Shown here: positions 1 through 12,597 of the stretch, one piece after another
Layout of the letters: each line of letters opens with the position of its first letter
Position numbering within the stretch: the stretch's first letter is position 1
NCBI GenBank assembly: GCA_964106915.2
Contig: OZ066918.1
Source: Podarcis gaigeae
Lineage: Eukaryota
Reading direction: 5' to 3' (one strand)
Length of the DNA: 64,000 nucleotides
The notes under the pieces: model-generated
The model's database searches: none
The model's input: only the letters and a program-made list of their open reading frames with translations
Told to the model about the DNA's origin: nothing
Translations under genes and position numbers: made by a program

Positions 1-51
1 AGAACAGTTTCAGTTTAAGAACGGACCTCCAAAACGAATTAAGTTCCACTG
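1..51. mobile_element. Right end of a Tc1/mariner (Tigger-like) MITE, cut by the window edge
   Basis: aagaacggacctcc...gaattaagttc...cactg followed by TA; matches the right end of the element at 14177-14393. Confidence 0.6.
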
Positions 52-578
52 TACTATCTATATTGCCTTCCACTTGTGGCAGTAAGGTTTCTATTGTTTA
101 CAATCTGGGCTGGTGTGGTGCCACAGAATGTTCAGTTATTCAAGGCACACTGACCAGTTTGTAGTCCAACTTCTGTGAGGGTAGGAAAAGTTGTTAGTTT
201 GGCTGTGATGAAAAGCTTATATGGGAAGCAGCCCTATGACATAGGAAAAGGGAGGTCAGCCAGAGGATGGATGCAGCGTAAGCAATGGACTGAGAAACAG
301 AACCATGAAGGAAAGGTAGCCAGAAAACAAGGTTTAAATAAAAGGGTTAAGAAGACTGAGAACTGAGGCAAAATGAAGCTAATCAGTTCTCAGTCACAAA
401 GCCAGGAGGCTCTGTATAATGAAAGGAGTGTTAAGGAAGTTGATAAAGAAAATAGCAAAAGGAATTTAGCTAATTCTGTAGCTTGAGAAGCAAGAATAGT
501 GAAGACAAACAGTTGAAGGGAAGAGCCAAGAAAGAAAACAGGACATAACTTTGTAACACAAGAAAACATTTAATAAAA

Positions 579-612
579 AGGAAGGAAGGAAGGAAGGAAG
601 GAAGGAAGGAAG
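579..612. repeat. (GGAA)n microsatellite
   Basis: Tandem ggaa units read directly. Confidence 0.9.
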
Positions 613-1239
613 GGAAAACAGGACTGAGGCTGTAAACTACTGGCAGGCAGGAAAGAAAGCAAAGCTTTGGAGGGGGAGGAACTGTGGGGCAAAGCGCCAA
701 GAGGGCATAAGTGTGGTAGGTTTAAAGTCCAGATCCTTACAGGGAGAAATCTGCCAGCTAATGATTTCTACTGTCACTGATCCCACAAGGGATAAAGGAA
801 GGCAAAAAGAAAAAAAGAAAAGGAGAGTGTGTGGGTGCTGATTTCCCATGCTGATTTGAACTAACTTTTGCTGCAAGCAAGAAACAATATTTGAGAATAG
901 GGAAATTTTTGCATTAGTCTGGAATTAATTCACATTGTAATTGTAATTCACATGTCTCTTGTATATATGGTATCTTTTGTCTAACAGGAAATTCAGGGCT
1001 GAAACTCTGAAGCGCAGGGGGAAAGCCATAACTTAGGGTCCTCATGCTGCTTGTGTGTGCTTGTTAAACTTGAGAACAAAGCTAACCACCCAACTAGGGT
1101 GAAAGTATCTCTGCAGTACCAAACTAAAACATCTCAATATCATGCTGGCTTATGCACTGCTGGAAAATTAGGGTTGGCAAGCTAGAAGCTAGTTGCGGCT
1201 GTAGTCCTAGGCACAATTATTTGGAAGTAAACAAATCCG

Positions 1240-1593
1240 GGGACGCGGGTGGCGCTGTGGGTTAAACCACAGAGCCTAGGACTTGCCAATCAGAAGGTTG
1301 GCGGTTCAAATCCACGCAACAGGGGGAGCACCTGTTGCTCGGTCCCTGCTCCTGCCAACCTAGCAGTTCGAAAGCACATCAAAGTGCAAGTAGATAAATA
1401 GGTACCGCTCTGGCGGGAAGGTAAGCCGCGTTTCCGTGTGCTGTTCTGGTTCTCCAGAAGCAGCTTAGTCCTGCTGGCCACATGACCCAGAAACTGTACG
1501 CCGGTTCCCTCGGCCAATAAAGCGAGATGAGCGCCACAACCCCAGAGTCGGTGACAACTGGACCTAATGGTCAGGGATCCCTTTACCCTTTGC
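1240..1593 (+). mobile_element. Sauria SINE, full length
   Basis: tRNA-like head (gggtggcgctgtgggttaaacc...ggttcaaatcc), tail cctttaccctt, 12-bp TSD taaacaaatccg at 1228-1239 and 1594-1605; four related copies in the window. Confidence 0.9.
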
Positions 1594-1964
1594 TAAACAA
1601 ATCCGAGTAAGGGTGCAAAGGCTCTGCTTACAATCCATTACACCTAAGAGGAAGCATCACCGAGTACCATGGGACTTTCTTCCATGTAAACATAAGCAGC
1701 TAGTCCAGCATCCTGTTTTCACAGTGGTCAGCCTATGGGAAGCATGCAAGCAGAATCTGGGTGCGACAGCAAGCGACCCTCCGAGTCATGCAGAAGAAGC
1801 GCATGCCGGCTCGCTCGTTGCCAGCGTATCTTTCAGGGGCCGAGCCTGCTTCGAGGGTCAAAAATGCGCTCTCTGGGGTCGAATCTGCAGACCAGCAGTT
1901 TCCACCCGCCAACCAGGAGCCCGAGAATCCCTTGGCTGGGGCGAAGTCTTCCCTTGCAAATTAC

Positions 1965-2038
1965 CTGAGCGTATTGAGTGGAGGATTACACAGTCGAATC
2001 ACGGCCACTGCAGCCGATCCCCGCGTGTACAGAGCCAT
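1965..2038 (-). CDS. EHHADH: EHHADH (peroxisomal L-bifunctional enzyme), coding exon 1; gene continues beyond the left edge
   Basis: MALYTRGSAAVAVIRLCNPPLNTL resembles the human N-terminus MAEYTRLHNALALIRLRNPPVNAI; 74-nt coding exon ending at AG|GTAAT; CpG-rich context; expected neighbour of MAP3K13. Confidence 0.9.
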
Positions 2039-3167
2039 GATCTCGCGCGGACGGACCCCACGAGCCCAAGAGACGCTTCGAGCTCGATTAAGCAGCACCG
2101 AGGAGAAGGCGGTCCCTGTGGGAACCAGAAAACCCGGACTAACCAGACTCCCTGACGGGCTGGGGAGGAGGCTGGCCCCGTTTGCACCCGAGGGGGAGGT
2201 TCCAGCTGGGGCACCAAATCGTGAATTCGCGGCTACTTGGACCCACACTTGCCAGATGCATGCTCTGAAACATGGGCGGAGCCAGGATATTTTTGTTGGG
2301 GGGGGGGCAGAACCGACGTAATTGGTCAGTTAGTTAAGTATTTCTATTTAATCCAGGGGAGGCAGCTGCCCCCTCCCCCTGCCCTCTTGGCTAAGCCTAC
2401 GCTCTGAAATTGCTCCAATTTATACAACCGTTCACTCTCTGCTACGACAAGCAGTTTTCAGGGCGAGAATTCACAGAGGCTGCCTTCACGCATGCGTACT
2501 CAGGGCAAAATACTTGCAGCAAGTAAGAGCTGCAAGCTTGGTAGAGAAAGGGTCCCACTCAAATCAGTAGGACCAAGTTGAGAGTGAACACGCTGTAGCC
2601 CCCCGAATCAGACTAAAGGGCTATATATAGTCCAGCATTCTGTTCTCAGAGGGACCATTCAGATGCCTATAGGAAGCTGCACCATGACAGGACTGCAAAA
2701 TCTCTCTCCCATTTGCCATCCCCAGCAACTAGTTTCCCGAGGCATACTGCTGCTGCCCTTAGAGGGAAACGGGTAAAAGGCGGATCCTCATGAATTCATG
2801 TGATTTTTTTCATTCAAATTAAATAAAACTGCCATGATACTGTAGACCATGCCTTAGTCTGTAGGCAGCATCAAAAAAATCATAAGGTATGATAGCCATC
2901 AGGACTAGCAGCCAGTCAGCAGTCTCCTACATGAATTTGTCGAGCCCACTTTTAAAGCCGCTGCCAAAGTCAGTGTTGACAATATTGAGCTAGATGAACG
3001 AATGGCCGCCTGTACAGGGATAATTTTAGTACTCTCAGAGAGCTGCAAAACCAGATAGGAGGGGATCGCATCTTCTGCTTCACCGGGGAAAGGGAAAGGG
3101 GGAGGATCGCTCGCTTTTAGAAACGGGGAAGTCTGGCTGTGCAAGCAAATTTTATTCATTTCTTTCT

Positions 3168-3195
3168 CCTCCTCCTCCTCCTCCTCCTCCTCCTC
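3168..3195. repeat. (CCT)n microsatellite
   Basis: Tandem cct units read directly. Confidence 0.85.
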
Positions 3196-3989
3196 ATGCC
3201 CACCCAAGTCACTCACATACACAGGCGCAGGGAAAGCCGCTCCGCCCACCCCGCCAGCCCTGCTCTTCTTTCCCAAACAATGGATCAGCTGCTCCACAGG
3301 CAGCCGGATACCCTTGCGGGTGCATAGCAGAACAAATAATCGTTGCTTAGCGATGTCGATGAGAGGTTTCCACACCTTTTTGTTTTTGGTCCCCTTTTAA
3401 GTCCATCTCCAGCATAGTCAAGGAGAGAGAGAGAGAAAACTGGAGACAGATTTCTGGGGGGATTTTTGGCCCCCTGAGGCCAGTTTGGCCAACCCCTGGG
3501 TACGCCCCTGAGATGAATTCACAAAAGAAAAACAGCTTTTTCATTTAGGTGTGAAAATATAAAAATAAAAATCGATCACATAACACTGTTTGAATACCAA
3601 TGCCCATCAACTTAGGGGGGAGGGGGCGGTCCCCTCAAATATTTTATTGGGAGGGCTGTAGGAACCTTGGTTCCTATGGGTGTGAATTAGTTGATCACAG
3701 TGCAATCCTGTATGCATCTACTCAGAAGTCAGTCCACTTAGGTTCATTAAGGCTTACTCCTAGGTAAGTGTGTATATAGAATTCCAGCTTCCATCTCTGC
3801 TGCAACTGCCGTCGAACCCCGCGGCGCTATTTATCTATAATGAGAGCGCTGCATTGGTTACTGCGGAATAGCAAGCAGGAGGGAGAACTCGGTACTTGGA
3901 ATAGCCGCAAGCCGCTGGCCTTTCAGAGTTCACATTGGCATTAAAAGCGATTTGGCAGAACACGCTTTAAGCCGCATCCCGAATTAAAC

Positions 3990-4520
3990 GCATTTATGTA
4001 AGCCTTCCAAGCACTGCGCAGCTTCCGGAGGCGTCGTGGAGCCGGAAGTCGAGGACCCAAAACACAAGGTTGGCGGCCGAGAGCGTTTGCTTTAGTGTCA
4101 GGTGATGCCGGAAGTGACGCGCTGTTGATGGCCCGGCAGGTGGGAGGAGGACCAATGGCCGCTAGTGGCTTCAGGACGGCGGTTGGGCGGTGAGTAACGG
4201 GGTGCTGTGAGGCGAGCGAGCTAGTTGGGGGGACGCGCGTCCTTGGCTCGGGTCGCGGTGTGGCGGCGGTTGGGCGCGCGGAGGCACCTCCGGGGTTTGG
4301 CCGGCGGGAGTTTCCTGCAGCATTTCCTTGTGAGAGGGCGCTGCTTTAGGCAGGGGGTCCTGCCGGTTCTTTTGCCCCGCCGGCTGAGGGGATTTCCCTC
4401 ACCTCAGACACGGATTCCTGGCTACGTGGTGCGGGCAGGACCGCAGCCCAGTGCTGTTGTCTTTGGTACACGCACATCCGCGCCACCAGGCGTATCCTCC
4501 TCCTCGATATTTGGCAGATG
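3990..4520 (+). promoter_or_regulatory. CpG-island promoter with a first exon (donor at 4190); distal MAP3K13 promoter or a separate small transcript
   Basis: CpG-dense; two ETS motifs CCGGAAGT (~4043, ~4108); GTGACGC half-CRE; donor GCG|GTGAGT at 4189/4190. Confidence 0.7.
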
Positions 4521-4987
4521 GAAACAGGGACGCGCTTGTAACAACCCTGTTCCGATTCCCAAAAAATCGCTCCCTGAAACCCCTTCCCGCCAGTTCACAT
4601 GGCTGGATGTTCTTCGCCACCAGCTGCAGACTCCATTCTGCTTTCCATCGATTAGGAAAATACGGAGCTGCCTTACACAGGGTCAGACCGTTGGCCCATC
4701 TCGTTCAGTATTGTTTGCACTGATTGGCAGCAGCTCCTTAGTCTTTCAGACAGTGGGTTTTCTCATCCCTTGCTAGAGATGCTTGTGATTGAACCAGGGA
4801 CCTTCTGTGTGCCAAACATATGTTTTACCACTTCCCCAAGTCAAGTGAATCACTGTTCTTTTGGTAAAGATGTGTTAGGAAACCACACATGTGGTTTGTG
4901 TGTGATCCTTGGATCCTTGGAAGGGACCCAGTGGATACCATCTATGGCCCACACCTTGCAACGCCTTGTTGCAGAGTTTACTGCTTG

Positions 4988-5325
4988 CTATGGGGGTGGC
5001 GCTGTGGGTTAAACCACAGAGCCTAGGGCTTGCTGATCAGAAGGTCGGCGGTTCGAAGCTCCCATTGCTCGGTCCCTGCTCCTGCCAACCTAGCAGTTCA
5101 AAAGCACGTCAAAGTGCAAGTAGATAAATAGCTACTGCTCTGCTCTGGCAGGATGGTAAACGGCGTTTCCGTGCGCTGCTCTGGTTTGCCAGAAGCGGCT
5201 TAGTCATGCTGGCCACATGACCTGGAAGCTGTACACTGGCTCCCTCAGCCAATAAAGCGAGATGAGCACCGCAACCCCAGAGTCGGCCACGACTGGACCT
5301 AATGGTCAGGGGTCCCTTTACCTTT
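4988..5325 (+). mobile_element. Sauria SINE with a short internal deletion after the B box
   Basis: Same sequence family as 1240-1593; TSD tttactgcttg on both sides. Confidence 0.9.
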
Positions 5326-5518
5326 ACTGCTTGAAAGGGAACTGCCAGTTGTAACTTTCCACCTGTTACTACAAAGCTGGGCCCTCTGCTATGGTGGAGC
5401 CTCCTCTCCACCAGCAGTGCTCCTCTCTGCTGACAGAACCTGGTGGAGTGGCACCTATGCACCATCCTAACTCTCCCAGGAATCAGAGAGGGGGGAATTG
5501 CCTTTTCAGGCTGTAACC

Positions 5519-5655
5519 CAGGCATAGGCAAACTCTGCCCGCCAGATGTTTTGGAACTACAACTCCCATCATTCCTGGCCACTGGTCCTGTTAGCTAGGG
5601 ATGATGGGAGTTGTAGTCCCAAAAACATCTGAAGGGCCGAGTTTGCCTATGCCTG
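5519..5655. mobile_element. Palindromic hAT-type MITE
   Basis: TIR caggcataggcaaactc / gagtttgcctatgcctg; internal inverted ctacaactcccatcat; near-identical 8-bp TSD ctgtaacc/ctgtaatc. Confidence 0.85.
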
Positions 5656-7759
5656 CTGTAATCCTAAATGCAATTCCCAGAGAATAAGGTCCATTGAACT
5701 CAGACGACTTGCTTCTCAGTAAATATGCACAAACTTTGTAATGTGCCTGTTCATAAGCCCAATGGAATACAGTGGAAATAGCAGCATGAGTCTGTGCTGT
5801 TAGCTTCTGTTAAATCAACAGTCTTAATTTTTGCAACATGTTCCTATACAACTGTCCAAAAGTTAAATTTGATCCTATAGTTTAATTGCTTCAAGTTCTT
5901 CCTTCTAACCTGTTGTATGTAATTAATTGACATAATCTCCTCTATGTGAGTGTTCAGCAAGGCAGTCCTATTGTTGTTAGTGATTGTGATTTCAAATCAT
6001 TTTAACGGTTTTGACAGAAGGATTGTAGATAAGTGTACATACCGTATTTTATAATTTTTATTTGTACTTAGGGCCAAATCAAACACCATATTTTTATGCA
6101 GATTGTTTGGGATGTGTGAGATGTTGTCCTTGCCTAGTGAAATGATTTAACATGGTTCCAGATTTAGACTAGCTCATGTTCTGAATTTTCTTTCCGAACA
6201 CTCTTGTGCTTGATTGTGCACATTGTTTTAAGTATGCTGCTACAATCTGTAATGTATTAACTACTTATTATAATATCAAAAACGAGGATTTTTTTAGGGC
6301 TGTCATGTGATTAAATAACTCTTAGTTGATTAATGAATGGAATACTGTAATGCATTTGTTAAATTTGCATATGCATTAAAACAACAGCTCTGAAAAAAGC
6401 AAGCTTTTAACTGACTAAGCTTTTAATTGATTAAATGTTGCAGCTGGTTTTTCCATTTGTAAAGTAGAGCACTGCCAGAGAGGTAGGATATAAATTAAAT
6501 AATACATGGTTGTAACTTGGAAGTGAGTTGCAGAGCTAATTTTTGCATCATCAAGAGAGCTTCTCTATGACCTTCCTATTCATGTTTGATGCACAGGGGG
6601 TGCAATAAAAGGGCCTGAAGGATTTACATTCTATAAAGAGTTCCTAGTAAGATATGTTACAATAAATAAGTTCATTTAAATTTGTTTCCTGCCATATCTT
6701 TTTGGCTTAGGCATTTGCTCATGGTGTCCTGGTCACATGTTACATGCAAACATACATGAAAACACCTGCCATCAATGAAAGCATGCATATCAAGATATTT
6801 TCCCCAGATTTATGGCCCACCACAGGGTTGTTGTCTTGCACAGCAATTACCTAAGTGGGGAAATAGCAGGCGAACCCAGAATCAGGTACTGAATGGAGTG
6901 TTTATTATAAAACGGTGAGCATTTAGTAGATACAAATTTGTCTAAAGGTTTTACAGTCTGTGCTCTTTTTGTATCACCAGCTTAAATGAACTTGTCCTAT
7001 GGAGAGATAGGCAGATAGAAGACTTTCTCAATGCTTGACTGCATTGTTACAGAATTCCCTCCCATGGGATGTGTGTTTCTCTTATTGACTGGTTTTGTTT
7101 TCTTTTGCTTTTAAGTGATAATGGTATTAGTCTATCTAGGTTCTTAATGTTATAATGTTTAAGTATTGCTGCTATTTTACTGCAGATTTTGAAATCAGTT
7201 GTTTTTAGATAGTTATTGTTGTAAATCTTAGATTTGGTTTTTAACCTGTTTTACAATTATCTTATTCTATGACCTTTGTATGTTTTGACTCTGAGAGAAT
7301 AAATATCTAAATAAACAAAATGTTAAAAATAGTATGCATTAGTGAAAATGCCAGATTTTTAAAGTTGACAATAATATTTTAATGTTACTGTGATGTTATT
7401 TTTGCTTCAGAAAAAAAGGGGGGAGAGTTCTGCAGTCTTACACTATGCAGTGTTGAGCAAATAGGCAGGTTCATGTAATAGTGCAGAGTTAAATCCCCCC
7501 ATGCTGTGCACAAAAAAGCAGGATTTACTCAATTTGCATTTGTTTCTTGTAGTATTTTTAAGGTGTCCTAATCCTCCTGTGCCTAAGCTCTGCACCTTAA
7601 ATGAAGTCTTCCCTCTTGGATTATATATCCAACAAGAACATTCCCTAGAATTTGGCAGGAAACAAACATAGTTTATTTACATAGTGTGATCTCTTTTGTA
7701 AATGTCATAAATCACAAAATGTGCATATGTTTGACTAACTGTTTGAATTTTCCCCCCAG

Positions 7760-7889
7760 TGCACTAAAATCCAGATTTTTGGGGATAGCGTCAAACGGAC
7801 CCAATCAGCAGGAATGCATGGATAATTAAAGCTTCCAAAAATGAGTCGTGAATTGTTACCCTTCTTCTGGAATCCACAATTTGAGGACA
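7760..7889 (+). other. Probable internal exon of the CpG-island transcript
   Basis: Branch point GACTAAC ~7733-7739, pyrimidine tract plus CAG acceptor, donor CA|GTAAGT; 130 nt. Confidence 0.5.
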
Positions 7890-10800
7890 GTAAGTAGTTA
7901 TTTTTGCTTTGTCTGGTGTTTTGGAGATGCAATCCTGTCAAGTGAACAAACAAACTATCAAAAAATAGAGAGGGAGAGAAATCACACTGACATTTAGTTG
8001 GTGTCACCCAAAAGGACTTGATGATAAAGGCTTCTGTATGTTAGGAACATAAGCTCTTCTCTGTTGATACCTTTTAAATATTTATTTGTAGGTTTTAACA
8101 GCCATTGTGTTTTGTGGAAGAAATTGCAGGTAGCAATCCTGGGCCATTAGAAAACATCGTGGAACAACATTATTAGGATTAACTAAAATTTCTCAAAACA
8201 TTGAGCAAGATTTCAGGCTCCCTAGAAGTATTCCTAAGACTAGATGTTCAGTTAAAAAAAGAAAAAAATATGCTTGAGAACATGGCTTGAAAAGCTCCAT
8301 GATCTGAAGGAATTAACTGTAGATATGATGAGTCTTCATATATTTTTCATAAATCTGCTTCCAAATTGGGCTTCCAAATAATTTTGGCAAGGTCAGGGTA
8401 GGCAGAGGTCAAAGAAGGAAAGGAATGAAGGGAGAGATGGGTGAGGAAACTGGTGTTGGATTGCTTGTACAGCCAAAAGGACTCTTTAACTTTCACATAT
8501 TTGACTAATCCCATTTAAGTTTCAAAGTTTTTAGGCAGCACTCTTACATTCCAAAACTTGTGTTAAGTACGACGACAAGACATTAGTTTTTAACATTTTT
8601 CTAAGAATCATAGGGAACCATATTTTGCATTAAATTTCAGGTCCTGAAATAAAACCACTGATACATAGTATTGATTTTACAGTCCTTTCTGTTTTTCTCC
8701 AATGAAAGTTAAATATATATTTTCTGGTCTCTCTTTGATACCTTTGTGCTCTAAATACGCCTCTCTTTACATTGCATCTCAAGCAATATTTTGTTTTTTT
8801 CCAATTTTTATCATGTTTTTACAAGAAAATCTCTCTTGTCTTATAAAAATGTAGTGAAAATTCCAATAAGAAATAAACTGTCAATTTCTCCAATGAATCC
8901 CCTGGCACTGCTTGTCCATTCCTTCAACGTACTTTATCCATTTCTGTTCAGAACCTTCATCATCCAATCCATCATTGTTGAAGCTGATCCAGATTTCTAG
9001 TGCCAGGGAAGAACAGGCTGTACAGCCGCTACAAGATTTTGTTGTAACTCAGTTGTCCATTAATAGACTCCTTCCAAATGATTCACTATTAAAGTTATCA
9101 TATCAAGACTCGGTCTGATGCTCATCATTAGAATTATAGTCTATCACCTATATCCAATAGCATTGAATATATTGAAATCTCCACTAAAGATGGAAAAAAT
9201 GTATGTGTGATCTGTTTGACATTTTCAATATTTGAATATCTGAAAGACTATCTCATTACCTACAGACCCTCTTGGGTGTTAAGATCAGCCCTGTGTGATG
9301 AAGGGTGGGTAAGATTTGATTTGATAACAATAATTAATAATGAATACATTTGAGAAAATATTTTATTTAACACGCTAGCATTAGATTCAATAGTTTATGT
9401 TCCCTCAGTACAGTTCACTGTTATTTATATGTATTTCTTTTTATCTCTAGCTTTTAATCTGATACATTTGGGACAGCATTTTATTGTTCTTCCTTGTGCT
9501 CTCTTAACATTTTGTAAGGCTTCCCTCCTGTATATAGTATATTTAATAATAAAAACTCTTATAGGGAAAGGGGGAATCTTCATCTTCACTTAGTGGTTGG
9601 TTCTAATTACAATAGCTAGGGTTTCTATAGCCAAAATGTATAATGAGGAATGTGAGGGACAATTGTAATTGTTTGGATTAATAGAAAATATTCTGCTAAA
9701 TGTGACTTGACAAGTACCCTTGCTGTTGGAAAACTGTAAGTAAAGATGCTTTCAAAATATAATGAGCATCCAGAACATAATATGAAGTGCATCTCAGGTT
9801 AAAGTTTAAACCAATACTATTACTATATGCACTAACTTGCTTCTAGTAAAACTATAGCTTGACAGCTTTTCACCTGCAATCCTTCCTGATAAAGATGTTT
9901 AGGGTTAAGGTGTACATTTTAATGGATACTGTTGCCACACTTTTATTGAAATGGCTCAGAATTTGACATATTTGAATGCTGAGCCTTTAGCTGAGTCGAC
10001 TAAAAGAAGGCTTAAAATTTCAACCATTTTTCTGTTGGTTCCTGTCTTGTTATTCTGATTAGTTTATCAAGATTAAGCCAGAGTACTCCAGTTTGGATTT
10101 ACTGGAGAACTCTGACTTAATGTAAACTAGAATCTCCGTGCTGAAGTTGGTATGCAAGGGGAGGACAGGCAAAGGAGGTGTGTGTATGTGGTCATGAGGT
10201 TTGGCCATGCATCATAAATCATAAGTAGTATATGAAACTATAGACAATTCTCCAGATATGGCCAGTATTCATTGAATGTGTCTAGTCCCTATTATACATG
10301 TGAATCAGAGCTGTAAAGCAACTGTAAATGGTAATTTAAAATGTAAGCTTCAGTTTATAGCTGCTGTTTGTACTATACATGTTTGTGTTACTGAGCAGAA
10401 CAGAGAACTGTGTTCTGCAAAAATTATGACAAAGCATGCATTTGAAAGGGATGTTAAAGTAGTTTATTCTGCAAGGAGGATTTCTCAGCACCCAGGATTG
10501 TTAATATAGAACTGGCTTTTCACAATTTCCTTTGCCCCAGTTAAGTCAAAAAGCATTACAGCTGTCAAGAGTATCACTATATGTGGGGTTTTTTCAAGCT
10601 TCTTCCCCAGCAATAAACTGGACTGAAACTTCAGTGACAGGAATTTTTTAGAAAGCTAATATACTATTGCACAATATGCACAATAACTTTTTGTGGATAA
10701 GTTTCTAACCTCTCCAATGGTCTTCCACCTTTTTCTTGTAGGCCTTTTCTAGCGTGATTCCGGTGTATGTTGCTTCAGGCTCCAATTTAGAAAGAAGATG

Positions 10801-12285
10801 GAATTATAGCTGAAATCCTTCCATAGTCTAGTTTTCTAGTAGGATTGCCAGGTTCCATATGGCATAGAGCTTCTGTCCCTTGAATAGCTGCAATAGAAGC
10901 AAGAATTACATATTACCTTTAGGCAACTGTAGCTCTAGCTGCCACAGTGTGCTCTAGTTCATAGTTATATAAAGTGGTTATATAAACAGGGATTTATATA
11001 TAAATAAGGAAAGTTGCAAAATGAAGCACAGATCAAAACACAGTTACTTAGGCTGTGACAGTCACAATTAAGGTTACTAGATTTTGAAAACGAAAGGCCA
11101 ACTATGCCTCAAATAATTGGCTAGAAGAGAGAATTTTGGCAAATTCACTTCTCAAACTGTAGATCTGTGGTGGTGGTGGTGGGGAAACTACACATAGTAA
11201 CATTTTCAACTGCTGGACACAGGGTCCCAGTTTGTATTGGCAACATTAATATTATTGGCTGTGTTTGAACTGCTAAACCTTAGTATTATGTGAATGAGCC
11301 TCAGACATGTCATCTTCACCTTTTCCTCCACTACTCTGGGGTGACTTTTGCTTCTGTTTTTAACCACATCTTAGTGTCCTGTCCAAACCCAAGCAAACTA
11401 TGACTTACCATAAAACAAGCAAGCATTCACAGACAGAAACGTGCAGCTTGTCCACACCTCTGTCACTCAGGAACTAAGTCATGGTTTAGCTTTGTTTTAT
11501 GTCCAAACCTGGGATTGTAATTTGCCCCACCCAAACAGACAAGGAGTGGTACATCAAGAACATGCCTTGGTTACAGCGCTTGGTTTGTTGGGAGTAGGGC
11601 AAATCACAAGCCCAAGTTCGAATGTAACTCACAAGCCCAGGTTCGAAAATAACTCACCAAACCATGGCTTAGCTCTCAAAAGCGAGGGAGGAGTGACCTA
11701 GTTTCAGTTTTCTCCCTGTGAACCAGCATACTTGCTTGGTTTGGGATGATGGCCAAAGCTTCCCTACCCTTGAGTTAGGTGCTGTGATGAGACTGCCCGC
11801 TACTTTTAAAATTTGCTTCCCTCTCTCATATTCACTTGTGTCATAGGACACAAGTTTGATACTATTCAGTGGGAATTCTGAGTAAACATGCCTGTAATTG
11901 GGCTGTTAACCTACATGGGGAACATTTCTAGTCAGACAGACAAATTGAAATATACTTAGAAATGCTTATCAACAGATTTTCAGATTAAGAGTTTACTTGC
12001 TGGTGAAGACCAAAGTCCAGCATTATGTTTCCACCAGTGGCTGGCCAAATGTCTTTGGAAGCGCACACACAGGTCATGGCTTTTGTCTGTTGCGTGTCAC
12101 CAGTGTACTGCAAAGTATATTGCCACTTGAACATGAAAACTACCATGAGTAATAGTTCTCTGTTCACTTATGTTTGTCTAGACCGTTTTAAGAAACCAGT
12201 AAAATAATTTGTAAGGGGAAAAGAGTTGTGAGGCAGGTGTATGTGTGCATTCTGCACGCTGGATTCAAGCAAAATCCAGAGTGTA

Positions 12286-12597
12286 TCGTAGTTTTCACCC
12301 TATAGGACGCACTTTCCCTCCTCCAAAAATGAAGGGGAAATGTGTGTGCGTCCTATGAGGTGAATGCAGGCTTTCGCTGAAGCCTGGAAAGGGAGAGGGG
12401 CCGATGCGCACCGACCCCTCTCACTCTCCAGGCTTCAGGAAGCTATCTGCAAGCCTTGGCAGCCGGTCTCCCAAGGCTTGCAGAGAGCTGCCTGCATCCC
12501 GAAGCATCCCAATTTTTTTTTCTTTATTCCCACCCCCACCCCCCCGAACTAGGTGCGCCTTATGGGCCGGTGCGCCCTATGGGGCAAAAAATACAGT
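12286..12597. mobile_element. Tc1/mariner-like MITE (degenerate)
   Basis: Imperfect TIRs cgtagttttcaccctataggacgcac / gtgcgccctatggggcaaaaaatacag with TA flanks. Confidence 0.55.

Noticed and set aside
174-1142. Possible solo LTR (purine-rich, TG start)
   Set aside because: No matching CA end with a TSD could be identified.
1613-2321. Plus-strand 180-186 aa ORFs over the EHHADH promoter
   Set aside because: GC-rich, stop-poor CpG island; the recognisable coding signal is the minus-strand EHHADH exon.
4225-4776. 183-aa ORF
   Set aside because: Non-ATG start, lies after the 4190 donor in GC-rich intron, no recognisable motif.
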